A stretch of 64,000 nt of DNA from Octopus vulgaris (Eukaryota), in the NCBI GenBank assembly GCA_951406725.2, contig OX597821.1:37138001-37202000 (forward strand). The letters are read 5' to 3'. Below the pieces are notes generated by a model that did not search any database, was not told the origin of the DNA, and saw only the letters and a list, made by a program, of their open reading frames with translations. Shown in pieces: positions 23,306-38,800 of the stretch (within the stretch, counting starts at the first letter, position 1; each line of letters begins with the position of its first letter). The position numbers and the translations under genes were made by a program.

Positions 23306-24570
23306 TAACTAAGATTATCAAATTATGAGATTGTTGTGCTAAAATAGTCTCATCATCCTCATTTTTTTTTCCATGCTTCCATGGGTTGAATTCGTTTTCT
23401 TGGGTTTGGCTGTAAGGTGAAGAAATTTCTTTCCCAACTACCTGGGTTCAGGTTTAGTTTCACTGAATGGCACCTCAGGCAAATATCTCCTACTATAGCC
23501 CCAAGCTGACCAAATCTGTGTCAGTCACAGATTTGGTAGCACATTTTGTTGGATATTTTCAGCATTTCAGTGACTATCCCTAATGTTTCTGCTTTCAACT
23601 TCAATAATGGGTGCCTCATGTTAATAATGATGTCTGTTACTTTTAACTGCAACAAACATAGTAATATTACTGATATTGTATAGACTAAAAAAAACGATTG
23701 TTTTGAAATTAATAAAAAAAAAATTTGAAATATTGATTGCACTGTTATACAGACAAAAATAAAGGTGGGGGGCAATATTCTCACAGCTGAGACTGAAAAT
23801 TTGAAGCATTATCAGAAAAATTTAGTTGGTAAGAACACTGAAATGATAGAAATATTCTATTAAAGGCCGCATGCATAGAAATGACATGGTGCCAAAAATG
23901 TAATAGATAGCAGAATTGGTTTAACAAAGTACATAATATTCTAAGTAACCAATTTTAACTCCAGGATCCCTCCTGACACATCTTGTGTTCACAGTTGTCA
24001 ACTACATATAGTATTCATCCTATTGCAGTCACTTCCAAGGATACACCTTGTTAATGAGCTTTAAACTGTTGGCCACTGATAACTCAGAAATTTCACAACT
24101 GTGATCCTTGTTATCCCCAGCAAGATTATCTCCTATTCCATGTACTATCATGTATTTATAGCAAGTAACCATGAACAACACATACTGATATGTAACTTGA
24201 TACCACCAAATGAAATAGTAACTGGTGTTGCTGAATTGCCATTCTCCGTGGAGTACCAATTGACACTAACATCCATCCTATCAACTGCATGGAGCAAAAA
24301 TGCAAGAATTGCTGTTGTGGACTAACTGAACTGACCAATGGAGGCCTAAATATTGCCACTGTGAAACCATTTTAAATTCTCTCCACTCTGACTCCATACT
24401 TATGAGGACATGCATGTTTTCTACATCCATGACTTTTTAAAGAAAAGTTGAGTCAACATGTTATTAAATACATAAAACTACAACAATGTTGAGTGTTGCT
24501 TTCTTTCATTTGCTCACCTACTCATGTGATGTACCTACATATTTCTATTTGAGATCAAGGCTTTTTGAGA

Positions 24571-24706
24571 TCATCATCATTTAGCATCCGCTTTCCATGC
24601 TAGCATGGGTTGGACGGTTCAACTGGGGTCTGTGAAGCCAGAAGGCTGCATCAGGCCCAGTCTGATCTGGCAGTGTTTCTACGGCTGGATGTTCTACCTA
24701 ATGCCA
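24571..24706 (-). mobile_element. SINE family 3 fragment
   Basis: Near reverse complement of 57330-57455. Confidence 0.8.
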
Positions 24707-24986
24707 GCTATACAAAAAGAGTACTCAGTGCTTCCATAAGTAAACTGTTATAAAATCTAGTTAGCTCAGTCCTAACTGTTGAACTGTTTAATGGGAGAAG
24801 TTGTACAGTAATTGAAACTGGGTTGGGAGTCTTTTTTAAACCACTTTGTAACAGCATGGGTGATAAAGAAGATTGAACAGCATCGGGTCCAAAGCTATTG
24901 ATCATTATACAAGTGGCATCCCAATTTGAATAGGTAAGATGGTAACAAATAGAACAGTACATGAAGGAGTTTCCATCGAAAGCTAA

Positions 24987-27900
24987 TCTCTATATATAAG
25001 ACTGAAATGCATTTTTACCGCTTGGATTGCTTTCAATGCCATTACGTCCCGTCCGATTCGCTCCAAAATTTACAGGGACATGTAGAATGAGGTGATGATG
25101 CCCGTGGGCTACCTTAGAAATCTCTATCTTAAAAGGTGTGGTTGCTAGGGGCCATCTTCCTCACTCACACTATTTCCTCCATTCCCCCCTAACTCCCCTT
25201 CATATATAACTTTGACAAGTCCACTCCTCAACTCACTCTCGCTATTTTCACTCACTCTGTCTCTTAGCTTCCCATAACTTTCACTTATGTATCTGTCTGC
25301 ATTCATACAGAGAAACAAATATTCCATCGCCATCGCATTCTATTGTCTGCCTGTCAATGCGCCGATCGACCAAATACAAAGACACAGTTACCTGCTTACC
25401 AGTTGAATTCAGCGTCAACGCTCATGTATGAGAGAGACTCCAACACACACATATATACATATATATATAAATTTTATATTTTCTATATTATATTTTTTAT
25501 TTTTATGTTTTTGGTTTTGTTTTTTTTACTGTTTCATTTGCCTATTAGTGGTTTTATCTCTAATTTAATTTATACATATATATATATATATAATTTGTAT
25601 ATATAATGCGTGTACACACACACACACACCTATATATCAGAATTACACCAATGTTACGATTGCTTGCAGTACCCTCTCCTTTTTTCCTCATGAAGAGGAT
25701 GGATACCACTTAGAAATTCAAAAGGTTGATCCCACTATTCTCACACTTCTTGACAAGGTTTCCTGCAAGGCATTTTACGCCTATCGACTCATGGTGCGAG
25801 AAAACGATTTCAATTTATTACTAAGGTGCCATTCTTTGACCAATCAGTTTTTGGTCGACATGTATTGTAAAGTTGAGTCCGAACGTTTAAAATACATTCG
25901 TTCTCACCAGGACCAATTAAGAGCAACAGAATACGTTAATCTAGAGGATGCAATGCGTCAAGACGGTGATGCAGCCAACGTTGGAAAACGTATTATTCTT
26001 CCTTCAACATTTATTGGCTCACCTCGGTATATGAATAAACGAATGCAGGACGAAATGACATACCTCGATAAGTTTGGAAAGCCGGATCTCTTCATTACAT
26101 TTACCTGCAATCCTACCTGGCCAGAGATTAAAGAGAATGTGTTCGCTGGGTAGCTGCCAGAGTACAGACATTGTGGCGTGCGTTTTTCATGCCAAGTTGA
26201 AGAAAATGCTATTTTTACTGAAGGTTTTGCATATTTTTGGCCCACTGTCTGCTTGGATGTATACTGTGGAATGGCAGAAGAGAGGTCTTCCACACATTCA
26301 TATGCTAGCCTGGTCTCAGGATAGAATCCACCCTGTGGATATTGACAGAATTATATCTGCTGATCCTCAGCTGCACAGCAGTGTGACGAAGCATATGATT
26401 CACGGTCCATGTGGTGACCTTAATCCGAGAAGTCCATGCATGAAGAATAAAAGATGTTCGAAGCGGTACCCTAGAGACTATTGCGGTCAAACCTGCACTA
26501 CGAATGACGGATATCCCATCTACCGAAGGCGTGACCCAGGTTTGGGTGGCCGCACAGCTAGAATTAGACAACGGTTAAAAACATCCGATGTTGATAATGC
26601 CTGGATCGTTTCATTCAACCCTTTGCTTTCCACAACATTTAATGCACACATTAATGTTGAGTACTGCAGTTCGGTGAGATGCATACAATACCTCTGCAAG
26701 TACATTAATAAGGGTGATAATATGGCCGTGTTTGTGTTCAGTGATGAAGACCTTAGACATGACGAAATTAAACAATTCGTTTTGGGTAGGTATGTATCCT
26801 CCAATTATGCAGCGTGGCGCATTTTTGGATATGAGATTCATCTAAGCTCACCATCAGTTTTCCACCTGAATGTTCATTTACAGAAGAGACAGCTGGTTTA
26901 CTTCACTGAGAAAAATGCACGTCAAGTCATTGAAAATCCAAAAGGGACTACACTTACAGCGTTTTTTAAATTGTGTTCAGTTGATGAGTTTGCTGCTACT
27001 CTCATTTACCCTGAAGTACCGGAATATTACACATACAACAACAATAATTGGAAGCGCAGGTCACATGGAACAGAACTTGACAATTGGCCCGGTGTTTCTA
27101 GGAAGAACGTCATTGGGCGTGTGTATAATATTCATCCTACCAAACAGGAAATCTTTTTGAGAATGCTACTTCATGTAGTTACTGGACCAAAGTCTTTTGC
27201 TGATCTTCGCACGGTTGATGGTATCATCTGCGCCACTTACAGGGAAGCATGTTTGAGGCGCGGACTTCTTCTCAATGATGACCACTTACACAGGACATTA
27301 GCAGAGGCCTCAAATTGTAAACTGCCATGGCAAATGCGTCGACTGTTTTGTAGCATATTAATCCACTGTAATCCCAGCAACCCTCTTAACCTTTGGGAAT
27401 CGTTCAGACAGAGCCTATCGAAGGACATACTGGCTAATTTAGCGCTACGTGATGGCAACGACGATGTTTATAATGAGGCATTAATCGACATGGACAGACA
27501 CATCAGACGCTATGTTATACGTGGATTAAGTGAATTCCATCTGCCAACACCTGTCCATCATGAAGCGCCTTTGGATGTTGAATACATGTCAGAAAAAAAC
27601 TACAACATTGCCGAATTGACGGAAACAATTATGCGAGATGAACCAAGACTTTTGCCTGAACAAAGAGAGATTTATAATGAAATTATTGACAGTGTTAGAT
27701 TGAACCAAGGAAAGCTTTTCTTTTTGAATGCTCCAGGTGGTACTGGTAAAACTTTCGTTATCAATTTGATTCTCGCAATGCTGCGCGCTGAACGTCAAAT
27801 TGCCATTGCATGTGCCTCAAGTGGTACTGCAGCGACACTGCTTCAAGGCGGCCGTACGGCACATAGTGCATTCAAATTGCCCATGGACTTTGGAAAGAAA

Positions 27901-29862
27901 GATAATCCTATATGTAATATAGATCGTAGTTCCTCAAGAGCAAGACTTCTTCGTGAATGCAGTCTTTTTATTTGGGATGATGCTACAATGAGTAATAAGG
28001 CCATGTTTGAGGCTCTTGACAGAACTCTCCAAGATTTGCGTCACAATACAAAAATAATGGGTGGAGAACGTTTCTCATGGCAGGAGATTTTCGACAAACT
28101 CTTCCTGTTGTCCGAGCAGGCACTAGAGCCAATGAGGTTAATGCATGTATAAAGCATTCTTATGTGTGGCACAGTGTTATCAGTCGCCATCTTCAAACAA
28201 ACATGAGAGTCCGACGTCGAAACCAACTTCCAGGATCTCAATTGGCTAAGAGCAAGAGCTATTCTATCGCCTCATAATACAACAGCTGATGCTACAAATA
28301 AACAAGTGCTTGATATGATTCCTGGTGAGATAGTTTCTTTCATGTCCATCGATACAAATAAAGATGAGAATGATGCAGTCAAATATCCACCCGAGCTACT
28401 CAACAAGCTAAAACACCCGGGACTTCCACCTCATCATTTGTGTTTGAAAGTTGGTGCTCAGAAATATGGAAACGCCTGAAATATGCAATGGAACCTGAAT
28501 GGTTATAAGGAGGATTCAAAGCCATGTTATAACTGCTGAAATTTTGAGTGGACCATTTGTAGGAACAATGAAGATGATACATAAAATGAGTATTTCACCC
28601 TCTGATGTTCCCATTCAGTTTAAACGCTTTCAATGTCCGATAAAACTATGCTTCGCGATGACAATCAACAAGTCACAGGGACAATCACTGGACATTGTAG
28701 GCATTAACCTGTCACAACCGGTTTTCAGTCATGGTCAATTGTACGTAGCCTGTTCTCGAGTTGGAAATCCACATAAACTCTTCATTCTTGGCAATCATGA
28801 GCGCACAAGGAATGTGGTTTATCAGGAGGCTCTGACAAAAGAAAACTGATTGTAAGTCATGAAATTTTGCTTGATTTTTTATTTTGCACCTCTTCATTCT
28901 TGAAAATAAAGACATTAAAAAGAACATTGGGTTCAGATGTTTGCAAACATTTGATCCAACTCATTCTCTTTATTCCTCATTTTCCGATTCCTTCTACGTC
29001 TCCATTAAACGGTTTTGTCAAGTTATTGTTTCTTCGCTAACATAAGACATTCATAAAGTGAATGAGTTGTTAATTACATTTTATACACTATTTCATTGTT
29101 TAGGTGGTGTCGAAAGAACTGGCATGTGTCACCATATAAACTCTCTCAGTCAAACTCCCAACTCATGAGTTCACTTCATGATACTCTTTCTACAAAACTG
29201 AGCTGGGTGTGAATTCTAATTTCATACACTATTGTGAGTTTACATTCTGCCTTTTTTGGTTTAAACTATCTTCCTGTAGGTTAAAAAAATTCTTTTTTTT
29301 AGAGTCCTCTACAATATTCGCCACCGAAATTCCATTTTTCACTTTTATGATTATACCCAGAGTGCTCTAATTGAATATGAACTGTCCTCCCATTGGTGGA
29401 CGTTTGTCTTTTTTTATTTTTGAAACAAACACATTGCCTCTTTCGTTTTAAAACAATACTACCTTAATACATTGGTCCAACAAACAAAACATCACCCACT
29501 CTCATTCTTTTATGTATCTGTCTTCCTCCATCACTCACTCTCTTTTCTCCCTTCCTTTCACTTTCTATCTATAACGTCGTTTCACAGCGTCTACCTCACA
29601 TTCACTTTCTCTTTATAACGTCGTTTCACAGCATCCGTTATACCCCCTCCCTGCCTTCCACACACTCTCACTCTCTACATCTGTCTGCATTCATAGAGAG
29701 AATTATCATTGCCACCACCATCACTCAATCATGACAACAAATATTATGAATCAGATATTTATTGGGTTAATTTATATGTGTGTGTGTGTGTATCTATATA
29801 TAAATATGTATATATACAAAGTGTATATATCTGTATTTATTTATATATAATTTGTATACATT

Positions 29863-29900
<38 letters not shown>

Positions 29901-29944
29901 TAACACACTCTTACCCGCGCGTAGAGCAGGTCACCTTCAGCTAG
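24987..29944 (+). mobile_element. Helitron (rolling-circle transposon), decayed autonomous-type copy
   Basis: 5' A|TC at 24987; 3' hairpin ACCCGC-GCGTAGA-GCAGGT followed by CTAG|T at 29941-29944; encloses RepHel coding sequence. Confidence 0.9.
25660..28849 (+). pseudogene. Helitron RepHel (HUH Rep plus Pif1-family helicase), disrupted
   Basis: Rep motifs GKPDLFITFTCNP, VEWQKRGLPHIHML, YLCKYINKG. Helicase motifs APGGTGKT, IWDD, GDFRQTLPV, FAMTINKSQGQS, HGQLYVACSR. Stop at 26151, several frameshifts, N-terminus missing. Confidence 0.95.
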
Positions 29945-29950
29945 TCAATA

Positions 29951-31195
29951 TCTATAAATCTGAAATGCGAAAAGTTTGTTTGTTTGTCTGGTTTTGGCAT
30001 TGGAATGGATTAAAGGGCACTAGATCCCGTTGGATTCACTCCAAAATTTACAGGGACATGCAAAAAGAGTGGGCTAAGTTAGAAATCCCTATCTCAAAAG
30101 CTGTGATTACTAGGGCAAAAAAACCCCACACTTTGACAAGTGTATGTCGTTTCTCTCTTTCCTTCCCTTCCCTTCACTTTCTATAACGACGTTTCACAGC
30201 TTCTATCTTTCCTTCACCAGCTCTGTCAGTCTTTCTCCCATATCCTCTCTCTCTCTACGTCTGTCTGCATTCATAGAGAGAATTATTATCACCACCACCA
30301 CCACCACACAATCATGAGAACAAATATTATGAATCAGATATTTATTGGGTTAATTTATATATTTGTGTGTGTGTATATATATATATATAATGTGTGCATT
30401 ATGTGATCGACTGAGCTGAAAATATGCACACCTATGTTAAAAGTGCTGGCGAGTTTGCATGGCAACTATTCTTTTCCTCAAATGAAAGGCGTGACTCTAG
30501 GACAAAATTCCTCATCTTATAAAATGTGGCCCAAGTAGACCCGAATGATATCGGGTTATATTAACCAAAATATAAAAAGGGGTCTAAATAGGGCTGGAAG
30601 GGGGTTAAAATTTACAGGAGTGGGTGTTTAGGAATTCTCTGTTACATCAAGCTAAAAAATTTGCGCCAGCCTTTAAATCTTCAATGTGTTGCCGTCCATG
30701 ATGAAGTTTTGAATGCTTGCCATGGTGAGTCTACTGTCGTGAGAAAGAATCACTTCAAAACTTGGTGTTTAGGAATTTTCTTTTACATCAAGTTCAAACT
30801 TTTGCGCCAGCCGTTAAACTGCCATTATGTTGCTGTCCGTCGTTAAGAAATCCCAGCCATATTGAGTCTACTATCCTCAGATTCTATCCCTTCAAACTTT
30901 GGTTTCCAATATATTTTTATTTAGCTCACGAGTTCGTCTGTCCCTTTTAAATGTTAGTGTTTTGCTGTCCGCCTTGAAGTAGACCTTTCCGTTGTCACTG
31001 CCTGATTGATCTTTCAAAATATTTTCTTTCTCAACATCTTTTGTTGTTTATAAATGGGAGAGAGATAGATAGAAAAAGATAGAGTAAGAGAAAGCGAGGG
31101 AGAGTCCGAGAGAAAGGAAGAGTAAGAGAGTGATAAAAAACAGAAAGTAACAACCACACTCTTGCCCGCACGTAGAGCGGGTCACCTTAAGCTAA
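29951..31195 (+). mobile_element. Non-autonomous derivative of the adjacent Helitron
   Basis: TC start; shares CTCCAAAATTTACAGGGACATG with about 25062 and TCTGTCTGCATTCATAGAGAGAATTAT with about 29680; same 3' hairpin (GCCCGCACGTAGAGCGGGT), ending CTAA|T. Confidence 0.8.
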
Positions 31196-31995
31196 TATAT
31201 TTTATAAATAGTAGTGGCATGATTATGTCATTAAGAAGTTTGCAACCAACCATTTCTAGGCTTCATTCCAGTATGCAAGTCTTCTACAACTACCCTGGAC
31301 AACCCAGCACCTCATAAGTAAATACTGATATTGCACAGCTTTGCTTTGAGTAATGCTGCGAATCATGTTTACATGATCCTTCACAATATGCTTTCAAAGA
31401 CCTGTGGATTAAAATGTCTTTTGCTTTGAAAACAGTTATAGTAGTGGGGCTGAATGGGATAGAAAGATGTATGCATATAAAACTACACTTGCTGTGTTGG
31501 GCATAATTCAAGCCAGTGGCAAATGAATAATATAGAAAATAGTCTACCTAGCATAGCTAAGTTCTTGGTATTTATTATAAATAGCAAATACTCTAAATTC
31601 TCTTCATAGGCAAATGGTGTGCTCTTCTGATGAATGGTCAATAAACCATGAAACTTATCTGATTATTAAGTTCCACGGGGAAAGGTTTCAGAAGATGGTT
31701 TAATCATTTTAGATTTAAGTTTTCTAACACACACTATGTTGTATATAAATGTTTATCAAATATTTTAAATACTTCTGATATTTGCTACAACTTATATGTG
31801 TTTATATAACTGAGAAATAAACTCTGTAAGGTGAGGGGGGAAATTACTGTTACACATTAGAGGGGCAAATAAAACAAAGATAATTGTTAAACTAAATTAT
31901 TCTGAACTGGTGAAATTAATTAATGGATAATTTCCATAAGGGGATTTTGTAGATAAGTTATGAAATATATTGATAAATAACTGCATTATTATTAA

Positions 31996-32178
31996 GGCAG
32001 TGCGCTGGCTGAAATACTTAGCAGTATTTCACCCATCACTACGTTCTGAGATCAACTTTGCCTTTCATCCTTTCAGGGTTCAATAAATTAAGTACCAGTA
32101 AAGTACTGGAGTCAATGCAAATTGGCTAGTCCCCCCACCCGCCCAAATTTCAGGCCGTGTGCCTATAGTAGAAACGAT
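31996..32178 (+). mobile_element. SINE family 1, internally deleted
   Basis: CTTTGCCTTTCATCCTTTCAGGGTTCAATAAATTAAGTACCAG core. Confidence 0.75.
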
Positions 32179-34932
32179 TATTATTATTGTAATACCCTCA
32201 GTTTGCAGTACAAACACAATAGCATTTCATTTATAAAAACTACAGTATTAAGATAAAATATTTTGCTTTAATAGGACACAAATTATATTGGATTACTTTG
32301 ACTTTGTTACTAAGAAATACAAGCAAATTTATAGTCGTAGGAAACCCTGGCACATAGCATCTATATATATATATACTTTTCCTTTCATCACAGTCTCCAT
32401 AAGTAACAAAATCTCACACTACTTCTCAAAAGGAACTAAATAGCATAGAAGATAGTTGCTTTCTGCTGTGTAATAAAATGTACATGTTGAACAATAGGGG
32501 TACTATTTCATCACTCAACCTAATTAAAAACAGCTCCATCTCCCTTAAATCCACCCAACTGTCTTAAATATAGCTTATAATGTAAATTTCCTTGGTATAA
32601 CTTCGTATATAGCTGACAAATATTTTTTACTTGTAATATTATTAATTTAACACTAATCTACCTGAGGACACCCACTCCTGCTTTAGGGTGATCCAGATTT
32701 TAATTTTTATTAGCAAACATGGTAACCAGCTTCACTTCTTTCATCAGTGCTTGTTACCTTCATGTTATGGAAATTATACTAGCTTTAGAAATGCTTCAAA
32801 GAATTGTTAGTGCATTCTTTCATTCAAGCTTGTATGGTTAGAAAAACCAGGTATTTGTTTTTTTAATTTGGTCATGCACAAGTTTGAATAATACATTGTA
32901 AAAATAACAAAACCCAAAGCATAGAAGTAAGCCTTTATTATATTTAAAAAAGAATTTAAAATAAATTCATGAAAATGTTCATAGTTACCATCTTGAAAAA
33001 TGTATTCTTCAAAACAACACATTTTAAAGTATCCAATAAATTAAAACAAATTACATTGTTGTAGAAAATATCAGTAATTAAAATTTTTTGGTGCTTTCAA
33101 GTAAATTAACTTACACTTCTTGCTTGAAACATTCATTTTATCACATAGGGAAACCCGTACACCAGAATACATTTGGTCTGCAAGACATCTGTGATTTGAT
33201 ATGGCCTTATTTTTGAGAAGTATGCATGTTAAGGTCTAACCATTTCTCACATAGTTGGTTTAGTTAGCACAGTGAACTTGAAAATTAGTCTCTAGCCAAT
33301 ATGGCATAGCATTTTTTCTTATCAAATTCAAATATTTGGACAGTATTGTTGAACTCTCTGCTTTGGATTAAATTGGAATGGAAAAGTGTTTAGAAAAAGA
33401 CAAGCTGAATAAAAAAGCAAATTTTGTTTATAGAAAAAATTTCAGAACTTACTCCCAAATACAACTCAAGAAAGGTGATACCCTTGAAAAACAAAATAAA
33501 TAAAAGGTAAGTTCTGAAAATTTTTCAAAAAGAGACTCATTATTCCTGTTTGCAGTTATAAATACAGTTATAATAAGCTTTCTTTTTTGCACACTTTTCT
33601 GATAAGTACAAGTAGCAAAAGGAGGGACAAAATGATAATAGCAATTTTGAAAATAAAATTAACCAGAAACTTGATTTATCCTTGGTAACCCTGCCAGCAA
33701 GGGGTATATCACAGCTCTGCTGAAAGACATTTTCAAGGAATCTGGCAAGTCAGTCCAGGAATTGTTTTTATTCCTCTTTGTATATATTTGCTCTGAAAAG
33801 AAGGGATTTAAAGAGCTAACAAGGACTATAGATTGAAAAGGCTAACATGAACTTTCTAAAGATAATTTTTGGCAGTAATCTGCTCCCAGAGTATTTTCTT
33901 TCTAGTGGGAAATTTTAAAATGTAACAAATTATTAATTTTAGGTGTATTTTAAACAATACATACAAGATTAGCATGTGACAGTGTTAATAACAATCATAA
34001 TGATAATAAAAACAACATTCAAAGATGACATTGAAAATAAAATTAGAAAAATTATCTTGAAATTCTGGTGAACAAGCACCAAATCAGAGCCAAAAAGTTT
34101 ATATGGCTGCATGTTTTCCCCAGTCAATGTCACAATGACTAATTCTTGTTAAAAAAAAAAAAGAGGACTCAATTTTAGACATTATACTAAATATTTAACC
34201 CCAAAGTATATATTTGCTCTATATTGAAAGTATCCTAATTTGTCATAGAAATTGAAATTTCTTTAGCTACCCCAAATGTTCCTATTATACAAATCTCCCC
34301 TACCATTCAAAATGGTCTTTGTAAACCAGAAAACTGAGAAATTAGTGATTACAAAGTTGAGCAGATACAGACGTAAGAAGAAATGATAGTCTGCAACACA
34401 TTTGATTCCTGGACATTGTTTTATTTTTCGGATGATTTTTCACCTTTAAATTACAACTCGTAGCCCTTTGATACATAATACTGATCTAACATTGCAAGAA
34501 TAAATAAATATCTAACTTAATTAGGACATAATGCTCAGTTACTGATCAATCTTGATTGAGTAGACATGATGAAAGGCATTATTTAATATGTTCATCAGTA
34601 ATTGGCAAAAGACTCATGGTCTTTAATTGGATGCTTTTCCACCAATATTCCAAAGTGCCAGTAGTATAAGTTCCATCAAGCTTGGTTCCAAAGGTGTTTA
34701 TTGAATATCCAAGCAGAAATCCTATAACAATAGCACTGATTCCACGGGCGTGAAAGAAGCTTTTCAGATTGTCAGGTACTTAATGTATCATGTATTTATA
34801 TAAAATGGAAGGGTATGATTTAAAGATCTGGTTACTATTTCAAGCTTATCGCTTCACAATTCCCATATGCAACATCTTCATAATCTAGCCTTCTTTTCAC
34901 CCTATAAGGCCCTAAATATGAATGTATACATG

Positions 34933-35574
34933 ACACTTTTATTATTATATTTCTAACAAAAAATACACTCCTACAGAGTTCAACTGAATTCTAAAATAAT
35001 CATTCAATAAAATAACATTTAAAAAAAAATTTTAAGTGGTGTTTTGCACAGAGAAAGATACTTCCTTAAATCTGTTATGGAATTTGTTTCAAGACTACTC
35101 CAATTACAGGTAAAAATGTTAATTACTATATTCGTGGCAAAAGTGCCTTAATTTTCTTTAGTTTGCCTTTTTTTTTTTTTCTTCTTTGTTTAAGGGCTGA
35201 ATTAGAATTAATGAGTGATTGAGCATAGTTTCTGAAATTTTTGAATAGAAATATTTGAAGTTTTTGTTCCATCCATTACTTTAAATACTTCCATCCAACA
35301 TGACACATTTGAAAACTGAAACCACCATCATTCTAGTTCAGAACAACTAATAAGTTTGATGCTTAAATAAATTTACTTACTTTAAAGAAAGGACAATGTT
35401 AATAGAAATTTTAAAAAAACATTTGGAAAAGAGAAAATTCTCAATATACAAGTGTTTATGTATTAAAATCATGTCGTTATTAATGTAGTAATGATATTTA
35501 TATATATAAATAAATAGGCAAATACAGATGTGCTCTGGTATTCTACGATGACGGGCAGGTTGGTAATGAAAGGG
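34933..35574. mobile_element. piggyBac-like non-autonomous element remnant
   Basis: Left part is homologous to 41861-42070; right end is GTAATGAAAGGG|TTAA. Confidence 0.55.
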
Positions 35575-35842
35575 TTAAAAAATGGACTTGGAGGGGAATT
35601 GACAGGTAATATTGCCAAAAATTTAGCACAAGTGAATAAAAGAAATGAAGTCTTCAGAGCTGTGACATGGTAGTCAAATAGTAATGAAGCTTATGAATTG
35701 GTTGGAAAAAATAAATGTAGATATTTTGAATTAATAAATAAGCCTTGAAAAATGACATCAAACTTTTATAATCACAGTCCTCATTTATTAATATCTTTTT
35801 GCCTACTGACATGTTGAGCAGGAGTACCATAGTTTTAAGATT

Positions 35843-35887
<45 letters not shown>

Positions 35888-38800
35888 ATGATGGAATAAG
35901 AAATAGTATAATCAACTTCATAAAATAAAGTACAGCATAAGCATCTAAAATTTTCGAAACCTTTCACTGAGCAACCAAATGTTTGAGACAAGTTTTAAAA
36001 CACAAAATACTTGTCACAAACTATTTTCATTCTTTGATCTGTCTTCTAGACAATTATTTTTGTAAACTATGTAAAAATTAGAAGATTATTAACACTGATC
36101 TTTTTTCGTTGTAGTGTTACTATTTTTAAACTTTATACACCTTTCATTTTCAATGAGTTTTAAATGGAAATAGCAAAAACATTTGCAGCTTAGTGAGATA
36201 CAACCATGGATTTAACACTATTAAGTTCTCTAGTCTTTAAACAAATGAAAATTAACTATCTTAGAATAATTTTAATTACACTGTAAACCTATTAATATAC
36301 TGACATATATTCAACTCATTAAAATAAACTCACCATTCTTGTTATTTTACAAAGTTTTCTTTAAAGGACTTAGATTAAACAAGTCATAAAGTAATTAATA
36401 TTGTAAATGAGAATATTAGTACTTGAAAATCTAGACATATCTGCAAAGTTTTAAAAAAAATATTCTAAAATTTGCATATTTAATGTACAATGGTGATACA
36501 GAGTGCAGAAAATTAGATACATGCCATACTAAGATATCAATTTTTAGCTTTGCAAAAGACTTTCTATAATATTTAAAAGTCAGCAAAAATATATTGTCCT
36601 ATTAAATTTTAAATCATAATGGATTGTATAGAAAGAATTTAAAAGAAAATACTGTAAAAATCACTAAGGAAAAAATTACCCTACTCATAAATGATGTTGT
36701 GTATTGTTGGATATTCTGATTTCATCAGCATAATTATTTGACCCTGCCATCATGTCCAACTACAGTATTTTGGAGCCTCCAAACAAGAGGTAGATTTAAG
36801 GCAAAATATAAAATGTAAATTTTAAATGTTGGAATTTTTTTTCTTTTTTCTTTTTTTGAGAGCAATAAGCTTGAGTTTAAGAATAATTGACTATCAACTG
36901 TTCCACACAACATGCAGAAACAGGACTATCTATGGATATGGAACTATTGGGAAGTATGAATTATTACATGTATAAACAATATAACATATTGAGTTTCATA
37001 CTTATAATACTTTTGAGAGAAAGGAGAATAAGAAACAAATTACTTTTTAATATGCTTTTCTCCCTTTATACAAATGGTTGAACAAGAATCAAACTGCTTA
37101 TATTATAAAATCAAAACGTGTCGACTGTTATAGTGACAAGTTTTTATTTGTATGTTGAAGGTCATGATGTGATGTATTTACAGACATTGGTCCACAAACA
37201 ACACTTGCTTGCCTCTTTGGAATTTACACATGCCAGAGGTACAGATGACATTACAAAGACAAGGATAATGATGGAAAATTTCAATAAATTTGAAATAATT
37301 CCATCAAGTAACAAAGCATATGAAAATATCAACACTATTATAAAAACAATTGCAGGACCAACATAATGAGAGTAATTACTGTTTCATTAAGTGCCTCTCA
37401 TCCTAAATCCAAAATTTATGACAAAGAAAATTATACAGGTTATCTGTACAATTTAGACTCATTGTTTAGTAACAATGATTCCATACTGAATTCTGAAGAC
37501 ATACAGCTGCACAAAATGATCAACCATTTAAACAATTTCAAGTTATTTTGAGGATTAAATACAATGTGTAACATCAAGTGACTTGAGTGTTTCAAACAAT
37601 GACAGTGCAAAAATCTGTAAAGTCTACAACTGTCTGAAGTATTAAAACAATAAATAAGTCAATCATAATAAATATTATTAAAAGTCCCAAAATAATTCTA
37701 TCTATATACAGACATTAACACTTAAATCTTTTTGCTGCTGTCCCATCATTAATATTTCATTACATAAATTAACACTTTTCACTCAAGTAGAAAAATGAGT
37801 TTCAAACAAATTAGCAAGTGTGTCCATACTATGTACAAAAATTTATATTACTTATTTTGTAGAAAAACATGTGGAATATTTTCACTGCTTTTTGCAGGAT
37901 AATTTATATATAATACATTGCTTTTTTTATTGCTTGGGGAGGGAAAGGCAAAATCCATAACCTTTTATTTTTCCATGGTCTACAAGACAGGTAGAAGTAA
38001 TTTATCTCCAAATCAGAGAACTGACATGAATGCCAGCAACAGAGTGAATCCTGCTAAACCAACCAACAGATTATCTCCCGAAACTCTGCGAAGAATTAAA
38101 ACATTTTGTAGCAAAGCATTTTGTCGCTTGTTCTAACAATTCAATCAATTCACTGACCTGGACAGGTCTTCTGGTTTTATTGACTGCAAAAACACAAAAT
38201 CAACCATGGTGGGACTTGAACTGAAAGTCAGAACAAAAATACTGCAAAACATTTTGTCTCAAGTGCTAACACCCCAGTCAATTCTCTGCCATGTGTAATA
38301 TGTTTCTAATATCTGGTCCTAAAGCAATTTCTATTTCAGAATATTTAGAATATTAAGCCAAAATTAATCTCCATATTTTCAGCAACAACACTACCTGTCA
38401 GTATTTAGCATCAAAATGCTGGGAGAAGAATCTTTATTGGAAAGTGCAGATTAGAATCAGATTAAGCATAAAATTCATCAAGTTACAAAATTAGAAACAA
38501 CAATTGCTAGAGTATTTCAATATAAACTTAATTCTATTATAAATAATGTTCTAGCAGAAATTAACAAAGAAACCATACGAAATAGCAATATTTGATTTAA
38601 AAGCAATCAGTTTTGTAATAGGCAATTTACAAACAACAAAAAGGCATCATTTTTGTAAGATTTCTTGAAGTGATGCTCATCAATATGATGAAAAATATAG
38701 ATATTTTAATAACAACAATTCTTTGGGATAGTTTGGAAACCCTTATAAAGAATTGCTTTATAGGTAACTACAAGATGAAAGTTTTCACAGCCAGTAGGTT

